DNA of 64,000 nt from an uncultured Candidatus Saccharibacteria bacterium. Lineage in GTDB: Bacteria; Patescibacteriota; Saccharimonadia; Saccharimonadales; CAYZZS01. Shown here piece after piece: positions 49,848 to 59,465 of the stretch. Where the stretch lies: the NCBI GenBank assembly GCA_964620175.1, contig CAZUIL010000001.1:12584-76583 (forward strand), read 5' to 3'. Both the position numbers and the translations under genes were made by a program. A model generated the notes under the pieces. It did no database searches and was not told the DNA's origin. It saw only the letters and a program-made list of their open reading frames with translations. Position 1 is the first letter of the stretch. Every line of letters starts with the position of its first letter.

Positions 49848-50969
49848 ATGCTTACAGAAGCTCCCCTTGACGGCAAAGCCGCAGCGCTCGAGCACGAGCG
49901 TCTCACCAGCCTGATCAATAGCATGGCTGACGGCGTAATTGCTACCGACGAACAAGCGAATATCGTCCTGTACAACGGAGCGGCACTGAACATATTGGAC
50001 AGCAACCGTGACATTACCGGCCGGCCGCTCGCAAGCCACATGCGGCTGATTGACGCCGAGGGACAGCTTGTTAATGTACAGGAGCTCATTACCAAGATCA
50101 GGACGCCGCTCGTGTCACGGGATTACCGGCTTGAATATGCGGATAAGAGCGCTGTCAACCTGTATTTAAGTATCGCGCCGGTGCGCTTGGGCTACGGCCA
50201 AAACGGAAAACGCGGCTACGTGGTGCTGCTGCGCGACATCACGCGCGAAAAGTCACTTGAGGAAGAGCGTGACGAGTTCATCAGCGTTGTCAGCCACGAA
50301 CTGCGCACCCCTGTTACCATCGCCGAGGGCAATATTGGCAACGCCCGGTACATCTTTGAAAGGCACGGCGATTTGACGCAGGTGGAATCAGCGCTCAAGG
50401 CGGCGCATGACCAGGTTACTTTTCTGGCCGGCCTCATCAACGACCTCTCGACGCTTGCCCGGGCAGAGCGCGGTAAGCTGACATTGGAAATAAGCGAAAT
50501 CAACGCCCACAACCTGTTAACTGCGCTGGTGTCCGAATATGAACCGCAGGCAACGACAAAAGGCCTTGAGATTAAAAGTGAGCTCGACCCGCACCTGGAA
50601 ACCCTGTACTCGAGCGAACTGTACGTGCGTGAGATTTTGCAGAACTTCATCACCAACGCCATAAAGTACACCGAGCATGGAAGCGTGACTGTTGGCGCAA
50701 AGGCACAGCATAACGGCGTGGAATTCTTTGTCAGGGATACGGGTATAGGCATCAGCAAGGGCGACCAGGCAAAGGTATTTGACAAGTTCTTTCGCTCTGA
50801 GGACTACCGGACCCGCAAGAACAGCGGTACCGGCATCGGCCTGTATATCACGATTAAGCTTGCTAAGATAATAGGCGCCCAGATACGGATGGAGAGCGAG
50901 CTGAACAAAGGGTCGACATTCACCTTGGCGGTGCCCAACCTAAGCCGGGAAAGCCAGCAAAAGCAATGA
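49848..50969 (+). CDS. Cytoplasmic PAS-domain histidine kinase (WalK/PhoR-like)
   Basis: PAS (MADGVIATD), VSHELRTP H-box, NAIKYT, DTGIGI, GTGIGL; no TM segment and no adjacent response regulator. Confidence 0.93.
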   Translation: MLTEAPLDGKAAALEHERLTSLINSMADGVIATDEQANIVLYNGAALNILDSNRDITGRPLASHMRLIDAEGQLVNVQELITKIRTPLVSRDYRLEYADKSAVNLYLSIAPVRLGYGQNGKRGYVVLLRDITREKSLEEERDEFISVVSHELRTPVTIAEGNIGNARYIFERHGDLTQVESALKAAHDQVTFLAGLINDLSTLARAERGKLTLEISEINAHNLLTALVSEYEPQATTKGLEIKSELDPHLETLYSSELYVREILQNFITNAIKYTEHGSVTVGAKAQHNGVEFFVRDTGIGISKGDQAKVFDKFFRSEDYRTRKNSGTGIGLYITIKLAKIIGAQIRMESELNKGSTFTLAVPNLSRESQQKQ

Positions 50970-51031
50970 AACGGCTGTGCAACGCAACCTGTTGCACAAT
51001 TGTTGCCACTGGTGTAGTATTGACTTGACGG

Positions 51032-51054
51032 ACCTACAGGAATGTAGGTTTTTT
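51032..51054 (+). terminator. Intrinsic terminator-like hairpin before secE
   Basis: ACCTACA-GGAA-TGTAGGT-TTTTT. Confidence 0.55.
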
Positions 51055-51087
51055 AATTGCCTATGAATGGCAGGGAGAGACACCCAA

Positions 51088-51495
51088 ATGGCACAGGAAG
51101 GCCAAAAGCGTAAACCGAGGATCCGCAAGCAGCCAACGGTACGTGAAAAGACTGAGCAGGCACGGTCCGATACACAGCGCCCGCGCCGCATCAGGAAATC
51201 AGCAGGCAAGGTAGGCAAACCGCTCCGCGTCCTATCGGCCGCCGGCAAGAAGGAATACTACTTGCCACTGCCCGATAACCGCCTCGGCCGCTTCTTAAAC
51301 AAGCGCCGTAAACTCCTGCCCAGCTACTTCAGGGAAAGTTGGCAAGAGCTTCGCCGCGTTACGTGGCCTGGCCGGAAGGAAACACTCAAGCTGACGCTTG
51401 CGGTTTTCATTTTCGCCATTGTGTTCGGTGTTGCGATCTCTCTGACAGATTACGGCTTAGACAAACTATTTAGAAAGGTCCTGCTACGATCATGA
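51088..51495 (+). CDS. secE: Preprotein translocase subunit SecE with basic N-terminal extension
   Basis: ELRRVTWP motif followed by one TM helix; upstream of nusG. Confidence 0.95.
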   Translation: MAQEGQKRKPRIRKQPTVREKTEQARSDTQRPRRIRKSAGKVGKPLRVLSAAGKKEYYLPLPDNRLGRFLNKRRKLLPSYFRESWQELRRVTWPGRKETLKLTLAVFIFAIVFGVAISLTDYGLDKLFRKVLLRS

Positions 51496-52034
51496 GCAAA
51501 CGTTACGACAGTACCAAACACTGGTACGCGATACATACTTACAGCGGCTACGAAGAGAAGGTAGCCGAAAGCATTCGCCAGCGCGCCGAAAGCCTGGACA
51601 TGAAAGACAAGATATTCCAGGTACTGGTGCCTAAGGAAAAGATGATAGAGGTAAAGAACGGCAAGCGAAAGGTAGTGGAAAAGCGCATTTTCCAAGGCTA
51701 CGTGCTCGTGCAAATGAAGCTGAGCGAAGATGCCTGGTATATCGTGCGCAACACGCCATCGGTTACCGGCTTCGTGGGGAGCGGTTCAGAGCCGACGCCT
51801 ATCGCACAGGATGAGATGGAAAAGATCATGAAGCGCATGGGCCGTGAAGAGCCGAAGCACAAGATTGATTACAACATCGGTGAGGTCGTCAATATCACCG
51901 ACGGGCCGTTTAAGGGCTTTGACGGCACCATAAGTGAAATTGACGTACAGAAGGGCAAACTGAAGGTTCTGGTTAACATGTTTGGCCGGGAAACTCCAGT
52001 AGAGCTTGATAGCTTGCAGGTAAAGCGTGTATGA
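51492..52034 (+). CDS. nusG: Transcription termination/antitermination factor NusG
   Basis: WYAIHTYSGYE, FQGYVLV, VRNTPSVTGFVG, KOW DGPF, FGRETPVEL. Confidence 0.99.
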   Translation: MSKRYDSTKHWYAIHTYSGYEEKVAESIRQRAESLDMKDKIFQVLVPKEKMIEVKNGKRKVVEKRIFQGYVLVQMKLSEDAWYIVRNTPSVTGFVGSGSEPTPIAQDEMEKIMKRMGREEPKHKIDYNIGEVVNITDGPFKGFDGTISEIDVQKGKLKVLVNMFGRETPVELDSLQVKRV

Positions 52035-52308
52035 GCAGGGAAGCCTAAATAAAGAGGCCGTACGGGAACAGGCTGATAGCAGCGCTAGCTACACTACGCT
52101 GGAACGAAAGGCTGCAGTTGCTGTCACTGCTGGCGTCGCAACACTAGGGGGAGCATTAGCGCTGATTGAGTGCGGCTATGTCAACCCGGCTACAATTATT
52201 GCTACTGGTGTCGGCTCCATACTGTTTGGCAGCGGGATTGTCGCGGTACACGCAAGCGCCGGCAACCAGACTGAGCGGGCAACACTGGACAACAGGGGTG
52301 ATGTATAG
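52027..52308 (+). CDS. Hypothetical two-TM Gly/Ala-rich protein between nusG and rplK
   Basis: 93-aa ORF overlapping the nusG stop; two hydrophobic segments. Confidence 0.6.
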   Translation: MYEQGSLNKEAVREQADSSASYTTLERKAAVAVTAGVATLGGALALIECGYVNPATIIATGVGSILFGSGIVAVHASAGNQTERATLDNRGDV

Positions 52309-52421
52309 TAAAATTAACCGGTTACGCACCATCAGCTTGGGATTGGGAAACCAGCATACAGCTTCTTTAACGCTAATTCCTGTTTCCATGCTGCTAACTA
52401 CTTAAGATAACGGAGTATACC

Positions 52422-52853
52422 GTGGCAGACGCAAAGCAAGTAAAAGCTAATTTGAAGATGAAAATCCGCGGCGGCCAGGCCAGTGCAGCGCCACCGGTCG
52501 GTAGCACCCTTGGCCAGTACGGCGTAAACATGATGGATTTCATCAACCCGTTCAACGAACAAACCAAGGACATGATGGGGCAAAACGTTACGGTGCACAT
52601 TACCATTTATGATGACCGCACCATGACGTGGCGGGTCGTGGGCACGCCAACCGACGACTTAATCCGCAACGCGTTGAAAATCGATAAGGGTTCCGGCAAG
52701 CCAAACAGTGAGAAGATTGCCAAGAAGCTCAGCCAAAACCAGCTTCGGGAAATCGCCGAAGCAAAGGCCAAGGACATGAATGCTGACAGCATCGAATCCG
52801 TCATGAAGATGGTAGCCGGTACTGCCCGCAGCATGGGAGTCGAAGTCGAGTAA
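52422..52853 (+). CDS. rplK: 50S ribosomal protein L11
   Basis: APPVGSTLGQ.GVN.M.F, GTARSMG. Confidence 0.98.
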   Translation: MADAKQVKANLKMKIRGGQASAAPPVGSTLGQYGVNMMDFINPFNEQTKDMMGQNVTVHITIYDDRTMTWRVVGTPTDDLIRNALKIDKGSGKPNSEKIAKKLSQNQLREIAEAKAKDMNADSIESVMKMVAGTARSMGVEVE

Positions 52854-52862
52854 CAACTAACC

Positions 52863-52901
52863 GTGGGACCCTGACAACTGGATGCCAGGGGCTTGTACCA
52901 C
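52863..52901 (+). promoter_or_regulatory. Putative L1 autoregulatory RNA site before rplA
   Basis: GTGG-GA-CCCTG...CAGGG-GCTTGTA-CCAC: two helices with an asymmetric internal loop, adjacent to the AAGGAG SD. Confidence 0.55.
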
Positions 52902-52913
52902 AAAGGAGCAATT

Positions 52914-53906
52914 ATGCCGAAGGCAAAACAACAGGCAGAAGAAGCCGTAGAGGCAATTAAGGGGGAGGTAACTGATGGGAATACTAAAGAAGGCAATCAA
53001 GCTGCGGCTGAAGCAGCTCAAAAACCAGCCGAAGAAGTAAAAACAGCGGAAACTGGCGACAGCCCAGCAAAGAAGCCATTGGCAAAGTCGGGAAAGCGCA
53101 GTGCCAAGGCAATCAAAGAAGCCGAAACATTGGCTGCCAAGAAAGAGCGCAAGGAAGCTGGTCAAGACGAGAAGGACGAAAAGCCTAAACAGGCGCAGAA
53201 ACCAGCCCGTTCAAAGCTGGAACGCCGCGGCAAAAAATTCCGCGAGGCAGCCAAGCTTATTGAGAAGGGCAAAGAATACCCGCTTGAACAAGCAGTGGAG
53301 CTGGCAGCAAAAACCAGTACTACTAAGTTTGACGCCACCGTTGAGCTGCACGTGCGGCTAAGTGTCGACCCAAGGCATTCCGACCAGAATGTACGGGATT
53401 CGCTCATCCTTCCGGCCGGTACGGGCAAAGTGGTGCGCGTAGCTGTCTTTGCCGAGGATGATGACGCCGCGAAAGCCAAGGCGGCCGGCGCTGACCTGGC
53501 GGGCACCGATACTATCACCGGCAAGCTTGAAAAAGGAATCATTGAATTTGACACACTCATCGCCACGCCTGCCGTCATGGCCCGGCTTGGCAAGTTTGCC
53601 CGCCTGCTTGGGCCAAAGGGCCTGATGCCGAACCCTAAGAGCGGCACGGTAACCGGTGACGTCGCGAAGGCTGTCAAGGACGCTAAGGCCGGCAAAGTTG
53701 ATTACCGCGTAGACAGTACCGGGATCGTACACGTCGGCATCGGGAAAGTAAGCTTTGGGGCTGACAAACTGCTTGAGAATGCCAACGCTGTCATCGCCAG
53801 TATCAAGGCTGCCAAGCCAGCCTCTGTAAAGGGAACGTACGTCCGCTCGGCTTTCGTGACAACAAGCATGGGACCAAGCGTCAAAGTCGCTACCGCCGCC
53901 CTCTAG
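52914..53906 (+). CDS. rplA: 50S ribosomal protein L1 with ~100-aa N-terminal Ala/Lys/Glu extension
   Basis: KFDATVE, LPAGTGK, LGPKGLMPNPKSGTVT, TSMGP. Confidence 0.98.
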   Translation: MPKAKQQAEEAVEAIKGEVTDGNTKEGNQAAAEAAQKPAEEVKTAETGDSPAKKPLAKSGKRSAKAIKEAETLAAKKERKEAGQDEKDEKPKQAQKPARSKLERRGKKFREAAKLIEKGKEYPLEQAVELAAKTSTTKFDATVELHVRLSVDPRHSDQNVRDSLILPAGTGKVVRVAVFAEDDDAAKAKAAGADLAGTDTITGKLEKGIIEFDTLIATPAVMARLGKFARLLGPKGLMPNPKSGTVTGDVAKAVKDAKAGKVDYRVDSTGIVHVGIGKVSFGADKLLENANAVIASIKAAKPASVKGTYVRSAFVTTSMGPSVKVATAAL

Positions 53907-53956
53907 CAGCCCAGCTCCTGTTGCCTGCCTCAGGCAACTAATGTTTAATAGAGCTT

Positions 53957-54754
53957 ATGCTGCTAATAGGTATGACCGGGCCGATCGGCCACGGCAAGAG
54001 TACGTTGGCTAAGGCACTCAAGAAGATTGAGCCCTCTACCGTACATCTTGAATCCAGCATGGTGATCGCGGAAGTAGCGAATGCCATGCACACGGCATTG
54101 CGAAGCGTGCCCGTTGAAGGCAACCTCGATTTCATTAACGACTGGCTGAAGTCCTTGCCGCCGATTTTAAACCAGGCTGTCCATACCCAGACCAGTTACG
54201 AGCAAATTAGGATTGACCCACAGGCAGTTCAGGAGCACCCGGTAGAATACGAGAAGCTTTTCCTCCATGTAAAGAACATCATTCGGAACCCTGTGCTTGC
54301 CCAGCAGGAAATAACACCTGAAAACAAAGAAGCCTACCGGCCGTTTTTACAGTGGCTTGGCGGTTACCTGGTCGCCAAGATTAACCCACGCCTCTGGTAC
54401 GAAGAGATCATCAGGCGGGCGTATGAAGCAGAGTCCCGTGGCTGCAAATTATGTATTGTCGGCGGCTTGCGCTATCCTACCGACGCACAGCTCATTCGGC
54501 AAGCCGGCGGTTTTATCTTTAAAGTCTACCGGCCGGGACACTTACAAAACGACATACTGGACCCAACCGAACGCGAACGTGACAACATACAGGTCGACAG
54601 TACGATAGTGAGCAACGGCACCATCGAAGACCTGAACAAATGCGCCGTCATCGTGCTGGAGGACGCCAAGCGAAATGAGCTGAGGTCGGTGTACCAGACG
54701 TTGGATTTCCGTGACAAGCCATTGCCAGCCGGACAACCAAGCCCGTCGGCATAG
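53957..54754 (+). CDS. Putative deoxynucleoside monophosphate kinase
   Basis: IGMTGPIGHGKST P-loop, R.FLQWLG, GLRYPTD (cf. DxRFxNE of phage dNMP kinases); upstream of dcd. Confidence 0.6.
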   Translation: MLLIGMTGPIGHGKSTLAKALKKIEPSTVHLESSMVIAEVANAMHTALRSVPVEGNLDFINDWLKSLPPILNQAVHTQTSYEQIRIDPQAVQEHPVEYEKLFLHVKNIIRNPVLAQQEITPENKEAYRPFLQWLGGYLVAKINPRLWYEEIIRRAYEAESRGCKLCIVGGLRYPTDAQLIRQAGGFIFKVYRPGHLQNDILDPTERERDNIQVDSTIVSNGTIEDLNKCAVIVLEDAKRNELRSVYQTLDFRDKPLPAGQPSPSA

Positions 54755-54832
54755 TTGTAATTTTGAGGCAGGGCTTGCAACCGGTGTTTGACATCTCGTA
54801 CACTATTATTGAATGATTGGAGAGGGTAACTG

Positions 54833-55546
54833 ATGGGGGTGTACAGCAACACTCAGATACGGCAAGCACTTGAGGAGGGGCACATCGTTTGCCGGCCGTT
54901 TAATCCCAAGCACGTCAGCCATGCCAGCCTTGATGTGACGCTCGGCCACTACTATTATCGAACCGGCCAGGCTCAGAAGGGCTATGTGTATAATCCATTC
55001 GATAAATCAGATGTACTGCGCTACTTCAGCGACGTGCACGAGGCAGTAAAGCACAAGACATGGTGTGATGCGAATGGCGTAAAGCTATTAGCCGGTATCC
55101 CGGCAGACCACCCGGTCATCCCCCTAAAGCCAGGCGAGCGGATACTCGCGCATACGCATGAGTTCTTTGGCATTAAACCGCCGGGAGCATATGAGATCAA
55201 GAGCCGTTCAAGCTGGGGACGCAACGGCATTGCGGTTTGTTTTGATGCAGGTTGGGTTGATCCGGGCTACATTAACCGCTTAACACTTGAGATTTACAAC
55301 CTTAATGAACACGAAACTGTACTGCTACCGGTGGGCGAACGCATAGCTCAGGCGGTGTTTTATGAGACCGGTCCGGTTGATGGTAATTATGGAGAGGGAC
55401 GCGACAAGGGCTTTAGCGGTAAGTATCAATCCGGCACCAACCTAGATGTGTTAATAAAGAACTGGACGCCCGATCAAATGCTGCCGCGCGCCTACAAGGA
55501 TACCCGCAGCTTGCCTGAGACAATCAAGGGCCTTAAAGCGCTATGA
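54833..55546 (+). CDS. dcd: dCTP deaminase (trimeric dUTPase superfamily)
   Basis: ASLDVTLG, SRSSWGRNG, AGWVDPGY, TLEIYN, RIAQ, KYQ. Confidence 0.9.
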   Translation: MGVYSNTQIRQALEEGHIVCRPFNPKHVSHASLDVTLGHYYYRTGQAQKGYVYNPFDKSDVLRYFSDVHEAVKHKTWCDANGVKLLAGIPADHPVIPLKPGERILAHTHEFFGIKPPGAYEIKSRSSWGRNGIAVCFDAGWVDPGYINRLTLEIYNLNEHETVLLPVGERIAQAVFYETGPVDGNYGEGRDKGFSGKYQSGTNLDVLIKNWTPDQMLPRAYKDTRSLPETIKGLKAL

Positions 55547-55586
55547 CTACTGTAAGCACCCTTTGGGATCTAACGGAGGAAGCCGT

Positions 55587-56369
55587 ATGGTGCGCAGCTT
55601 AGAGAACCTGCCAGCACAGCATGAGTACGAAACGAAATTGCCGGTTCTGCAGGATATCCATAGCATTGATTCGCTGCGCCAGCCGTTCTTACAAACTCAC
55701 TATGCGGAAAAGTTGGCGGCAAATCCGCCCCGCTTCTTCCGCTATGTTTGGGATGACGTTGAGAAGTTTAAAGAGAAGTTTGGTCCAGATGTTGACCCAG
55801 TGCAGCATGGCCCCTACCAAGCCCGTACTATCGCCATCCCTATGATTGAAGCACAGCGCCAGGCAGACAACCTGCCGCAACTGTCAGCGTTTGAGGAAGC
55901 TCATTTTGTAGCCTTGCATGTCGTACATGACGACCACGAGGGGATAACCGGCGATACAGACAAACTCGACCGGACAATTGAAATGGAGCATGCCGAGTTT
56001 GTAGAATGGAAGAGGATTATCACCGAAATACATGGTGAAGCTAAAACTGCAGAGTTTATCAGTATGGCAGTATTATTCATGCATGGTGACGGAGGGTTTA
56101 AAGCTGACTTCTGGGAAGCCAGCGAGGTCTTAGGCTACTACGAAAGCGGTGTCCGTGCCTGGCTACTCGGTGATGAAGACGGCTTAACAGACACCGAACG
56201 TAAAAAGGCACTGACCATGGGTTATTGGGTTGTGGCCCACAATCTTCGCACCCTTGAGTCTGTCAGAGATAAGATCGCGCATGTCGACGAAATCCTTATT
56301 AGTACCGCAGACATAGTGGGGGCTATCTGCAAAGCATCCGACATAACCAGACAGGAGTTGATGCTGTAA
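55587..56369 (+). CDS. HD-domain phosphohydrolase (possible deoxynucleotidase)
   Basis: VHDDHEGITGD matches the HDxxExxxGD pattern of YfbR-like enzymes; GGAGGA SD before ATG 55587. Confidence 0.55.
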   Translation: MVRSLENLPAQHEYETKLPVLQDIHSIDSLRQPFLQTHYAEKLAANPPRFFRYVWDDVEKFKEKFGPDVDPVQHGPYQARTIAIPMIEAQRQADNLPQLSAFEEAHFVALHVVHDDHEGITGDTDKLDRTIEMEHAEFVEWKRIITEIHGEAKTAEFISMAVLFMHGDGGFKADFWEASEVLGYYESGVRAWLLGDEDGLTDTERKKALTMGYWVVAHNLRTLESVRDKIAHVDEILISTADIVGAICKASDITRQELML

Positions 56370-58690
56370 TGGGCACGACACAGGGCACATTTATCGTTAT
56401 AGAAGGTACCGATGGGTCAGGCAAGGGCACGCAGTTCAAGCTGCTTGTCGACAAGCTGAAAGATGAGGGGTATGACGTCGCAGGCTTTGATTTCCCGCGC
56501 TATGACGAGCCTTCTAGCTATTTTGTCCGTGAGTATCTAAACGGCAACTATGGTACAGCCGAAGAGGTCGGCCCGTACACCGCCTCGATGTTCTATGCAC
56601 TTGACCGTTACCAAGCGGCACCTGATATCCAGCGCGCGCTTGATGATGGCAAAGTAGTAGTTGCGAACCGTTTCACCGGCTCCAGCATGGCGCACCAGGG
56701 CACCAAGTTCCATAATGCCGAAGAGCGCCGCGGCTATTTTATCTGGCTTGATAACCTTGAGTACCAGATGCTTGGCATACCGCGCCCGGACAAGAGCTTT
56801 GTGCTGCGAGTACCCGCCGATACGGCACAAAAGCTCGTCGACCAAAAGGAGAAGCGAAGCTATACTGACAAGAAACGTGACATCCATGAAGCTGATATCA
56901 ATCACCTCACCATGGCGGTGGAGGTGTATGATGACCTCTGCCAACTCTTTCCGCGTGACTTTTCACGCATCGATTGCGTCCGCAATGATGAGCTTCTCGA
57001 TGTCACAACTATTAGTAAACTACTGTGGGAGAAAGTACAGCCTATGATGCCGCCAAAGCCCGATGGGACGGATCGAAAAAAAAATAAACCAAAAGAAGTG
57101 ATTTCAGATAATCCATTCGTAAAAAAGACTGCTGATGGCTACCAGGTTACTGAGCAAGGCAAGCAGTTCCTGGGCGAAGCAGTCACCGATGTGGACGGCG
57201 ATGTGTATGCCTTTAGCGAAACGTTAAGTCCTGTCACGATTGCGGCAGCAATGGCAAGACTAAGCCGCCGGGGGGATGACATGCGTATCACCATTCTTGA
57301 CGAGTTCGCCGCATCGCTTGGCAAGGACGAACAGCTGCTGCAGCGGGTCATCACGGCATATGGCGACGACTCTGTGCAGCAACTCGTCGGCCAGCATGTC
57401 GTAGTAGAAGGGGCGAGCAATTTACTGACGAAGAAGCTGGAGTGGGGCAGGCTTGCGGCTTATCTTGAGCAGTCCACCCGTTATATTTATTTTGACCAAA
57501 AGGACAGTTCCGGTAATTACCGTTACTACACGCCGAACACCCTCGTTGGTAAGGCTGCAAGGCACTACAACCAGCAGATGGATCGGATATTTGAGCTGTA
57601 TTCAAAGATGGTGCGCGAACTGACTAAATACGTGCAGGACAAATCCACGGTTCCGGAGTCTGAGCGCGATATTGCCTGGAAGGGAGCTACTCGTGCCCAA
57701 GCTTGTGACGCTATACGGCCAGTGCTGCCGGTGGCAACTAAATCAACAGTCGGCATCTACGCATCTGGCCAGGCGCTGGAGAGCCTGATAATGCACCTGC
57801 TAAGCGACGAACTGCAGGAAGCAAGGGATACCGGTGAGAAGATGCTGCGTGAGGCCCGGAAAGTTATACCTACCTTCTTGGAGCGGGCCGACAAGCCGGA
57901 CCGGGGCGGTGCAGCCATTGCCTACCGGAGCAATACCCGCTCAGCCGTGAAGCAGCTGGCGAATGGGCTCCTAAAAGAGACTTATGGTTCGTCTGTTGAA
58001 CCGGTCCAGCTGTTAAGTGCCTGGCCGCGGAATGAACTCGACCTAGTGCCCGATATGCTCTATGAGCATAGCAGCTTGCCGCTCAGCGAGATCATTAGCC
58101 AAGCCCAGGGATGGGATTATGATAAAAAGGTCAGGGTATTCAATGCCTATATCGGCGAACGGCTCAATCGGCGCCACCGGCCTGGCCGTGCGCTGGAAAA
58201 GGCCCACTATAGTTGGGATCTGGTCTGCGACTACGGGATTTTCCGTGACCTCCAGCGGCACCGGATGGTTGACGACCTCGCCTGGCAAATGCTGACTCCC
58301 CGCTACGGCTATAATGTCCCGACACTAGTCGAAGAGGCAAACTTAACTGAGGAGTTTCAGGAATGTTTTGACATTAGCCTGGAGCTTTATAGCTACTTAC
58401 AATCTGAAGGGTATGAGCTTGAAGCCCAGTACGCGACGCTCCTCGGCCATAAGATGCGCTGGAAAGTTACCTACAACGCCCGTGAGGCGTTCCATCTCCA
58501 TGAGTTACGCACCAGTCCGCAGGGACACCCCGGCTACCGTAAATTGGTATCGGAAATGCATGAAAAGCTAGCCGAAGTACACCCGTTGCTGGCTGACGCT
58601 ATGAAGTTCGTTAACCGCGATGAGGATCCTGAACTGACCCGCTTGGCGGCGGAGCGCTACACACAGTTCAAGTTAAAGCAACTAACTTAA
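56369..58690 (+). CDS. thyX: Thymidylate kinase fused to FAD-dependent thymidylate synthase ThyX (tandem-domain type)
   Basis: N-terminal FIVIEGTDGSGKGTQ, FPRY, NRFTGSSMAHQG (Tmk); C-terminal YGDDSV, EQSTRY, RPVLP, RDLQRHR, ELRTSPQGH (ThyX). Confidence 0.92.
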   Translation: MGTTQGTFIVIEGTDGSGKGTQFKLLVDKLKDEGYDVAGFDFPRYDEPSSYFVREYLNGNYGTAEEVGPYTASMFYALDRYQAAPDIQRALDDGKVVVANRFTGSSMAHQGTKFHNAEERRGYFIWLDNLEYQMLGIPRPDKSFVLRVPADTAQKLVDQKEKRSYTDKKRDIHEADINHLTMAVEVYDDLCQLFPRDFSRIDCVRNDELLDVTTISKLLWEKVQPMMPPKPDGTDRKKNKPKEVISDNPFVKKTADGYQVTEQGKQFLGEAVTDVDGDVYAFSETLSPVTIAAAMARLSRRGDDMRITILDEFAASLGKDEQLLQRVITAYGDDSVQQLVGQHVVVEGASNLLTKKLEWGRLAAYLEQSTRYIYFDQKDSSGNYRYYTPNTLVGKAARHYNQQMDRIFELYSKMVRELTKYVQDKSTVPESERDIAWKGATRAQACDAIRPVLPVATKSTVGIYASGQALESLIMHLLSDELQEARDTGEKMLREARKVIPTFLERADKPDRGGAAIAYRSNTRSAVKQLANGLLKETYGSSVEPVQLLSAWPRNELDLVPDMLYEHSSLPLSEIISQAQGWDYDKKVRVFNAYIGERLNRRHRPGRALEKAHYSWDLVCDYGIFRDLQRHRMVDDLAWQMLTPRYGYNVPTLVEEANLTEEFQECFDISLELYSYLQSEGYELEAQYATLLGHKMRWKVTYNAREAFHLHELRTSPQGHPGYRKLVSEMHEKLAEVHPLLADAMKFVNRDEDPELTRLAAERYTQFKLKQLT

Positions 58691-58962
58691 ATACCGTCCT
58701 CTCTCATTCTTATGAAGGCCATGATTGCTTGCTGTCCGAGACTTGTTTCAATAGATTTAACTTCAATATCTACTTGATTCAAGTGGCTGTCCAATTGTTC
58801 CACAATGTCTCGCAGATGCCAGTGCGGCGTCTGGCCATTCAGTTCAATTTCCAGACCGTTATTTTCACGAATGTAATTAATAAACTCACCACCAGTCAGT
58901 CGGGATTCTGCTTCAGGTTCTTTTTTACTACCAATTGTGTGTTGTCTCTCAAAAACTGACAT
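58687..58962 (-). CDS. Hypothetical 91-aa protein, AT-rich
   Basis: GGAG SD and a TTGATT...TATAAA promoter-like sequence upstream; convergent with thyX. Confidence 0.7.
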   Translation of the reverse strand: MSVFERQHTIGSKKEPEAESRLTGGEFINYIRENNGLEIELNGQTPHWHLRDIVEQLDSHLNQVDIEVKSIETSLGQQAIMAFIRMREDGI

Positions 58963-59238
58963 TTTGTAACTCCGAACGTTATTTATACGCTTTTACACAC
59001 TAAAATCAACTGTCTGCTTGGAATGGCAATTGGAGAGAATTAGGAAATGCGAGCTTATAAAAGCTCAAGCAAAGTTCCTATAAGAGACGGTAGGCCCTGA
59101 GAGACGCAAGAAAAGTTGCGCAACCATTCTCAGAGAGGCGAACAGCGCTATGTACGCTAATCAGGGTCAATGAATTACCCTGCCGCCCGCTACGGAACAT
59201 CGTTGTCCGATAGCCCTACCTGACAGCTTGTGCATCGG

Positions 59239-59439
59239 CTACTTCCTACAAAGTCGAGCGAATTCACGCTCCCTTCGCTGCAACCGGTTTTGCCAATCCG
59301 GCACCAATTCCGGCCGTTCGACAGCCAGTTGTGACTGCAACAGTGTCCTGTACCTGCAAATCTGCTTTTCCAGGCCACGCAAGTTTTCCATACGTCGCAT
59401 TACCTTTACATCAGGGTTCCAAGACGCGTCGGCAACCAT
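59239..59439 (-). CDS. Hypothetical 66-aa charged, coiled-coil-like protein
   Basis: MVADASWNPDVKVMRRMENLRGLEKQICRYR...; GGAGAGG SD upstream. Confidence 0.6.
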   Translation of the reverse strand: MVADASWNPDVKVMRRMENLRGLEKQICRYRTLLQSQLAVERPELVPDWQNRLQRREREFARLCRK

Positions 59440-59465
59440 TGGTCTCTTCCTCTCCAATTGCTAAT

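Noticed and set aside
53957-55546. Kinase + dCTP deaminase as an anti-phage dCTP-depletion system
   Set aside because: The deaminase is the trimeric dUTPase-fold housekeeping Dcd, not the zinc CMP/dCMP-deaminase fold of defensive AvcD-type enzymes, and the context is thymidylate synthesis.
59018-59173. Plus-strand frame interrupted by one TAA (possible pseudogene)
   Set aside because: Short, with no recognisable homology or clear start; cannot be supported from sequence alone.
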